Source of the DNA: Thiotrichaceae bacterium UBA973
GTDB taxonomy: Bacteria > Pseudomonadota > Gammaproteobacteria > Eutrophobiales > Eutrophobiaceae
Direction: 5' to 3'
Assembly (NCBI GenBank): GCA_002292815.1
Contig: DBBX01000031.1
Coordinates: forward strand, 38,472-102,471
Length of the DNA stretch: 64,000 nt
This document shows, one piece after another, positions 58,852-64,000 of this stretch. The stretch's first letter is position 1. Each line of letters starts with the position of its first letter. The position numbers were made by a program, and so were the translations under genes. The notes beneath the pieces are model-generated. The model was given only the letters and a program-made list of their open reading frames with translations, was not told the origin of the DNA and ran no database searches.

Positions 58852-58980
58852 ATGAAAAAACTATTTATGATTTTATTATTGTTCATGGCAAGCCCACCTA
58901 TATCTATGGCACATACAGGTGACACTGACCATGGCGGTTGTCACAAACCAATTAAAGAAGATAAACATCCATGTCATTAA
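58852..58980 (+). CDS. Small secreted His/Cys-rich peptide, YHYH-family-like (42 aa)
   Basis: Below the ORF-track cutoff and translated by hand: MKKLFMILLLFMASPPISMA / HTGDTDHGGCHKPIKEDKHPCH. A strong AAGGAG lies 8 nt upstream. The mature part fits the H.G.TD..G.H......H.(C/Y)H pattern of small YHYH proteins. Confidence 0.55.
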   Translation: MKKLFMILLLFMASPPISMAHTGDTDHGGCHKPIKEDKHPCH

Positions 58981-59031
58981 TATTATAGAACCACAATATG
59001 ACATTAAGCTTTAACTTATCGGAGATAACTT

Positions 59032-59481
59032 ATGTCAACTGATTGGCGAACCGAGGGTGTGCGTGTTGTTCGTGCAGGCGAACTGAGCACCGACACAGCT
59101 CAAACAATGGGCATGAACAGGGCTGAAGCAATAAGCGCGGCAACTGTTGGTGCATCTAAAATATGGGCAGGTACTGTAACTATTTCGCCCAATACAAAAA
59201 CTGGCGCGCACCACCACGGCAAAGTAGAAAGTGTTATTTATGTCATCACCGGTCTGGCACGCATGCGTTGGGGTGAAAAACTTGAATATACTTCGGAAGC
59301 TGGGCCTGGTGATTTTATTTATGTCCCACCCTACGTGCCCCACCAGGAAATTAATGCGGGTGATGACACACCATTAGAATGCGTATTAATGCGTAGCGGA
59401 CAAGAGGCTGTCGTCGTTAACCTCGACATTGAGCCCGTCGAAGAACCAGAAAATGTGTGGCGCGATGGCATGCATGGCTAA
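59032..59481 (+). CDS. Cupin-domain protein
   Basis: 149 aa with GAHHHGKVESVIYVITG and GDFIYVPPYVPHQEIN. Confidence 0.7.
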   Translation: MSTDWRTEGVRVVRAGELSTDTAQTMGMNRAEAISAATVGASKIWAGTVTISPNTKTGAHHHGKVESVIYVITGLARMRWGEKLEYTSEAGPGDFIYVPPYVPHQEINAGDDTPLECVLMRSGQEAVVVNLDIEPVEEPENVWRDGMHG

Positions 59482-59743
59482 GCTTGCTATCGTTATAATT
59501 GATATTTTAGCATGCAAGAGATCGCCCAGCTTTCTGATGAAACCGTTGGGATTAATCAAGAACGCGGGCAGGTTCTAATAACTGGCGAAATATCTTGCCA
59601 AAAACTAACGTAATAATGTCATGATCATATTAGAGGTGGGTTTAATTTCGACAAAACTTTTGACATTGATCTATTAATTACTACCCATAGCAATACTTAC
59701 GGTCATAATGGGCACACATATATAACCCACACGAGGCAAAATC

Positions 59744-60391
59744 ATGATTAAAGTATACGGCTTAGGCCTATCATTCCCGGTAAACAGGGTACGAATGTGC
59801 TTGAATGCAATGGGCATAGATTACGAATTTATAGTAATAAACCCTCTTGCTGGTGAGACTCAAAACGAAGAATACTTAAAGATGAGTCCATCGGGCAAGA
59901 TTCCGGCGCTTGATGATGATGGTTTTTATCTGTTTGAGAGTAACGCCATCATGAAGTACCTTTGTCGTAAATATAATTCAGATTTTTACCCGGCTGATAT
60001 TGTCGAACAAGCACATGTCGATAAGTGGTTAGACTTTATCGGTGCACACCTTACTAATGGTTTGGCTAAAGTATTCTTTAATAAGGTCGTCGCTGGACTT
60101 ATCGATGTCGAAGCTGATGAAAAATCTATGGAGGAAGGCTATGGCTACTTGAAACGCTTTATGCGTGTTATTGAGGATCAATTAGGAGCCACCGCCTATA
60201 TTGCTGGCGATAAAATGACCTTAGCCGACATCTGCCTACTCGCTACGGTTGATCCGTTTGAAATTATCGACATCAATATGTCTGATTACCCAAACACCAA
60301 GGCCTGGGCAAGCAAATTAATGAATGAGCCATTCTATAAAAAGGTACATAACTCTTATAAAGAGACGCTCGATACGGTAATGGCGGGCTAA
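59744..60391 (+). CDS. Glutathione S-transferase
   Basis: 215 aa with an N-terminal thioredoxin-like GST domain (NP.GKIPAL.DDGF.LFESNAI..YL) and a helical C-terminal domain (LADI.L). Confidence 0.88.
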   Translation: MIKVYGLGLSFPVNRVRMCLNAMGIDYEFIVINPLAGETQNEEYLKMSPSGKIPALDDDGFYLFESNAIMKYLCRKYNSDFYPADIVEQAHVDKWLDFIGAHLTNGLAKVFFNKVVAGLIDVEADEKSMEEGYGYLKRFMRVIEDQLGATAYIAGDKMTLADICLLATVDPFEIIDINMSDYPNTKAWASKLMNEPFYKKVHNSYKETLDTVMAG

Positions 60392-60400
60392 ACCAACGTA

Positions 60401-61122
60401 ATGAAGTTAATAGGTGGGTTCCTCTTCCTGATCATTTCTGCATCGACATTTGCAACAGGGGAATCCATTTCTTATAAGGTCAACGGTGAGACATTTGAAG
60501 GTTATTACACATCACCGACAGCTAATGCCCCTTTAGTACTCCTCATTCATGATTGGGACGGTTTGACCGATTACGAAATAAAACGCGCCGAGATGTTATC
60601 GACATTAGGTTATGCCGTTTTTGCTGCTGATTTGTTTGGTGCAGGTGTACGTCCAACTGAAGTAACTGACAAACGTCAACATACCGGCGCACTGTATAAA
60701 GACCGTAAAAAAATGCGGGCTTTATTAAACGGCGCGCTGGCAACAGCTAAATCAATCGGTGCAAATACTGATAATGCGATAACAGCTGGTTATTGCTTTG
60801 GTGGCGCGGCAGCACTTGAGTTTGCACGAGCGGGCGCTAACCTAAAAGGCTTTGTCACCTTTCACGGCGGATTAAAAACACCTCCTGGCCAAAATTACAC
60901 AAACACAAAAGGCAAGATGCTTATTATGCATGGCACTGCTGACACAGCCATAAGCATGGATGACTTTGCAAAACTTGGTAACGAGTTAGATCATCACATG
61001 AAATGATTGCCTACGGTGGTGCGCCGCATGCGTTTACTGTGTTTGGAACTGACCGTTATCGTAAAGATGCGGATAAACAATCCTGGGATCGCTTTATCAA
61101 ATTCCTTGAAGAGACACTCTGA
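60401..61122 (+). pseudogene. Dienelactone hydrolase family protein with an apparent frameshift near the C-terminus
   Basis: ORF 60401..61006 has a signal peptide and LLIHDWDGL, GYCFGG (nucleophile elbow), HGTADT. It stops at DHHMK*, but the conserved C-terminus HEMIAYGGAPHAFTVFG...SWDRFIKFLEETL* continues in the next frame to 61122. The shift must lie within 60982-61003. Confidence 0.7.
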
Positions 61123-61259
61123 TAATATATATTATGCAAAATAGTAGTGATTGATGTCGGTCAAATAAAACAGAATCATTGCAGGCTGCCTGAAAAGAGC
61201 AAAAAGCTAATAATACAAACCTGAGCTATTAATTACGCTCACAACAAAGATAATGGTCT

Positions 61260-61472
61260 ATGAAAAAATATATTTTACATCTGGATGCAATAATCGTCGT
61301 CATTATTTTGTTTGTCTTATGTATAAGCGCTAATATATTTCAACGAAAGCTACATGGCGATCTACACAAGGAAAATATAGCGCTTATATCACAACTAACT
61401 AATACACAATTAGAATTAATCGAAAGCAAGTCTTCTCTTAAACAATGTAGTGGTAAGGACAACGTCAATTAA
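61260..61472 (+). CDS. Hypothetical small membrane protein
   Basis: 70 aa with one N-terminal TM segment (ILHLDAIIVVIILFVLCISANIF) followed by a short helical region. It lies 17 nt upstream of the MEKHLA gene. Confidence 0.4.
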   Translation: MKKYILHLDAIIVVIILFVLCISANIFQRKLHGDLHKENIALISQLTNTQLELIESKSSLKQCSGKDNVN

Positions 61473-61489
61473 ACAATTCACTTTAGCTA

Positions 61490-61960
61490 ATGCTACAACC
61501 AAACTTTAACACTCAAGCGTATAATAAACATGGTCAGAATTTATGTTCGAGCTATCGCCGTTGGACAGACAAGCATCTCATCAGCAAACATTCCGAACCT
61601 GATAAATTAATAATAGAACTGTATGAAGCACCGTTCGCTATTGTTTCACATGGCATTGAAGATGATCCTATTTTTAATTTCGGGAATAGAGTTGCGCTCG
61701 AATTATTTGAGCTTGATTGGGATCATTTTATACAGCTTCCTTCACGTTACTCTATAGAGACAAAAAATAGAAAACAACGTGAAGAATTAATGCGGCGTGT
61801 TAGTAATGACGGTCATATGATTAATTATTCTGGCGTGAGAATCTCGTCTACGGGCAAACGCTTTAAAATAGAAGTTGCGACCATCTGGAATATCATTGAC
61901 GAGAATGACCATTATCATGGACAAGCTGCCATGTTTAAAAATTGGTCAGCCATTATATAA
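61490..61960 (+). CDS. Stand-alone MEKHLA (PAS-like) domain protein
   Basis: 156 aa with APFAIVSHG...DPIFNFGNRVALELFELDW..F..LPSR.S.E...R..R..L...V...G.I..Y.G.RISS.GKRF.I....WN..D......GQAAMF..W, which matches my recollection of bacterial MEKHLA proteins. Confidence 0.65.
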   Translation: MLQPNFNTQAYNKHGQNLCSSYRRWTDKHLISKHSEPDKLIIELYEAPFAIVSHGIEDDPIFNFGNRVALELFELDWDHFIQLPSRYSIETKNRKQREELMRRVSNDGHMINYSGVRISSTGKRFKIEVATIWNIIDENDHYHGQAAMFKNWSAII

Positions 61961-62435
61961 GCTATGCTACTTCATGCCTAAAAACAGACAGCACGCTGTA
62001 CTTTCTTTATCGGCAAGGTGCTATAAATTGTTTTTGCAGTTGCTTCTATTGGTGGTTTTATTCTGTGGCGATTCACAACATTTCAAATACGGATAGATTC
62101 GCTTAAAGTAATTATTCCTTATCTAATAACCGTAATACTTTTTATTTTATAAATATTTATTACGAACCTGATACAGATTTTGAAGTTGTCGTAACGGTAA
62201 TCTTTGGATTCCATATCAAGAAAAAGTCTTTAAGATGACTGCGATGTACATCGCAGCCTCACAGCTTATCCCTCGCTTTAGGCGCTGCACACCATTACGC
62301 AACATTAAAATAAAACAAGAAAAATAACTTCTATGCCATTAGCAATATCGTAGAAACAAGTATAAGGTGTTTCCTCCGCGTAGCGAAATTAGTTTCTGGT
62401 TTGGCGTCTACGCATTATCGACTTTATAGGTATAT

Positions 62436-63101
62436 ATGTCATCGTTACGTGTTAGTTATCAAACTATTGAATTTGGTGATGTCGATATTCATTTACGAAC
62501 CCTGCGTGACAAACAGGAATTCCTTGATGCCGATGGCCTCGCTGAAAAACTGGGCATATCTTCCGCACAATGGTCCTTGTTTGGCGTGGTCTGGCCTTCT
62601 AGCGAGGTCTTGGCACACCTTATGTTCGACTTTGCTATCAAGGGCAAACGCATTCTAGAGATTGGTTGCGGAATAGGCCTGACTAGTTTAATACTTAATC
62701 AACGTGAAGCGGATATTACCGCGACAGACTATCATCCTGAGGTGGAAGGCTTTCTTAAGCATAATGCAGCCTTGAATGACGGCGCAGCAATACCCTTTGT
62801 GCGTACAGGTTGGGCGGATAAACTTAGTGAGCTAGGGGAGTTTGATCTTATCCTTGGTAGCGATCTTTTATATGAAGATGAACATGCTGATTTATTATCA
62901 CACTTTATAGATCAACATGCTAAACCCGACTGTGAAGTCATTCTGGTCGATCCGGGACGAGGTCGGCATGCGCAATTTAGTAAGATGATGGTCAAGCTAG
63001 GTTACACTCATAGCCAATCAAAACCTGTTGAAACAAATTATCTTATAGATAAATTCAAAGGGCAGATACTTCGTTATAATCGCTACCTAAACGCCACTTG
63101 A
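62436..63101 (+). CDS. Class I SAM-dependent methyltransferase (Methyltransf_16 / protein-lysine MTase-like)
   Basis: 221 aa with VWPSSEVLA (family motif VW.aa.vL), the SAM motif ILEIGCGIGLTSL, acidic ATDYHP, and post-II GSDLLYE. Confidence 0.78.
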   Translation: MSSLRVSYQTIEFGDVDIHLRTLRDKQEFLDADGLAEKLGISSAQWSLFGVVWPSSEVLAHLMFDFAIKGKRILEIGCGIGLTSLILNQREADITATDYHPEVEGFLKHNAALNDGAAIPFVRTGWADKLSELGEFDLILGSDLLYEDEHADLLSHFIDQHAKPDCEVILVDPGRGRHAQFSKMMVKLGYTHSQSKPVETNYLIDKFKGQILRYNRYLNAT

Positions 63102-63104
63102 TCA

Positions 63105-63695
63105 CTATTTTGAATTAACTAATTCTTCTACTTGTTCCAGTCTTTTATCTCTACCACAACCATAACGATAGTATTTATAGCGCACCGGGTTTTTAATATA
63201 ATAATCCTGATGGTAATCTTCAGCAGCATAAAATTTCTTTGCCGACAAAATTTCTGTAACAACCTTTGCTTTGTCTTTTAACTTAGCCTGTAGAACAGAC
63301 TTGCTTTTGTTGGCTAACTCTTCTTCGCTATCATTCATAGTGAAAATCGCCGCACGATATTGCGGTCCTTTATCACAAAATTGTCCGCGTGAATCAAACG
63401 GATCGATATTCTTCCAATAGACATCAAGCAGTTGTTGATAGCTAACTTTGCTTGAATCGTATTCAATTTGGACTGCTTCATAATGTCCTGTCGTACCCGT
63501 AGAGCTACTTTTATAGGTTGGGTTTTCAGTATGGCCTCCGGTATAACCAGATGTTGAACTAACTACACCATCGAGCTTATCGAACGGTCCTTCCATACAC
63601 CAGAAACAACCTCCAGCAAAAATAGCCACATCATTGGCAGCAAAAGAGACGATCTGAAAGCTGTATAAGACGACTGCGAGGATAATTCGGGACAT
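63105..63695 (-). CDS. msrA: Peptide-methionine (S)-S-oxide reductase, secreted form
   Basis: 196 aa with a signal peptide then AGGCFWCMEGPF, GYTGG, HDP....RQG.D.G.QYR-like motifs. Confidence 0.93.
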   Translation of the reverse strand: MSRIILAVVLYSFQIVSFAANDVAIFAGGCFWCMEGPFDKLDGVVSSTSGYTGGHTENPTYKSSSTGTTGHYEAVQIEYDSSKVSYQQLLDVYWKNIDPFDSRGQFCDKGPQYRAAIFTMNDSEEELANKSKSVLQAKLKDKAKVVTEILSAKKFYAAEDYHQDYYIKNPVRYKYYRYGCGRDKRLEQVEELVNSK

Positions 63696-63697
63696 AA

Positions 63698-64000
63698 CTA
63701 ACCTCTTAATTCAGGCAATGGTTGACCCACAGGGATAAATTTAAGAGCAAGACCATTATTACAATAACGCAAACCAGTTGGCTCTGGCCCATCTTCAAAG
63801 ATATGACCTTGATGCCCACCACAACGAACACAATGATATTCCTTTCGTGGCCAGATTAACTTCAGATCCAATTTGGTACCTACACGACCGGCAATAGCAT
63901 CATAGAAACTGGGCCAACCGGTACCACTCTCATATTTTTTATCAAACTCAAACAGTGGCAGATAACACGCGGCACAGATGAAAGTGCCGTCTTCTTTTAC
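63698..64000 (-). CDS. msrB: Peptide-methionine (R)-S-oxide reductase, C-terminal part (5' end outside the window)
   Basis: Hand translation of the reverse strand gives ...GTFICAACYLPLFEFDKKYESGTGWPSFYDAI...EYHCVRCGGHQGHIFEDGPEPTGLRYCNNGLALKFIP...*. The TAG stop at 63700-63698 lies 2 nt before the msrA ATG. Confidence 0.93.
   Translation of the reverse strand, partial: VKEDGTFICAACYLPLFEFDKKYESGTGWPSFYDAIAGRVGTKLDLKLIWPRKEYHCVRCGGHQGHIFEDGPEPTGLRYCNNGLALKFIPVGQPLPELRG

Noticed and set aside
58731-58925. 64-aa minus-strand ORF in the sixA-cupin spacer.
   Set aside because: It overlaps the plus-strand 42-codon YHYH-like ORF, which has a strong RBS, a signal peptide and a recognisable motif. 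The antisense product is Asn/Ile/Phe-rich AT-bias sequence.
59511-59612. 33-codon ATG ORF (MQEIAQLSDETVGINQERGQVLITGEISCQKLT) after the cupin gene. I considered it as a gene remnant.
   Set aside because: It is too short to assign, has no RBS and no recognisable homology. It may be debris of a lost gene in the decaying region, but that cannot be supported from sequence alone.

Overview
This is a 64 kb window of an AT-rich chromosome, about 40% GC by eye. Gene content and synteny look gammaproteobacterial, but I cannot name a genus from sequence alone. Most of it is core housekeeping DNA in well-known conserved blocks:
- ahcY (with an SAH riboswitch) and metK
- the central-carbon cluster tkt-gap-pgk-pyk-fba, with a class I aldolase
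- can-purC-glnS
- ubiI-ubiH-pepP-ygfB, divergent from a zapB-like gene, zapA and 6S RNA
- xthA, pyrE, slmA, argB, algC, dut and coaBC, divergent from radC-rpmB-rpmG
- mutM, ggt, coaD, rsmD and a paired M16 peptidase, divergent from ftsYEX-rpoH
- msrA-msrB at the right edge

I found no rRNA, tRNA, CRISPR array, transposase, integrase, phage gene or recognisable defence system.

The accessory or poorly understood parts are:
1. 10.1-16.2 kb: a cupin/ABM operon, plus a divergent cluster with a GT-C-like membrane protein, a small cytochrome-c-like protein, a GT2 and a DUF547 protein.
2. 35.8-42.5 kb: a GldA/F/G-like ABC system with a DUF4340 protein, next to a Na,K-ATPase-alpha-like P-type ATPase.
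3. 43.7-45.1 kb: a secreted FGE-fold protein lacking the catalytic cysteines.
4. 54.7-63.1 kb, downstream of rpoH: a patchwork that includes a GC-rich scoAB islet, a frameshifted dienelactone hydrolase, an unlisted 42-codon YHYH-type ORF and a stand-alone MEKHLA protein. In the islet, scoA carries an internal deletion of about 100 nt.

I did not find compelling evidence for a wholly new multi-gene system. The best candidates for follow-up are the GT-C/GT2/DUF547 cluster and the membrane-anchored N-terminal extension of AlgC. All calls come from reading the sequence and the ORF translations. No database search was run.
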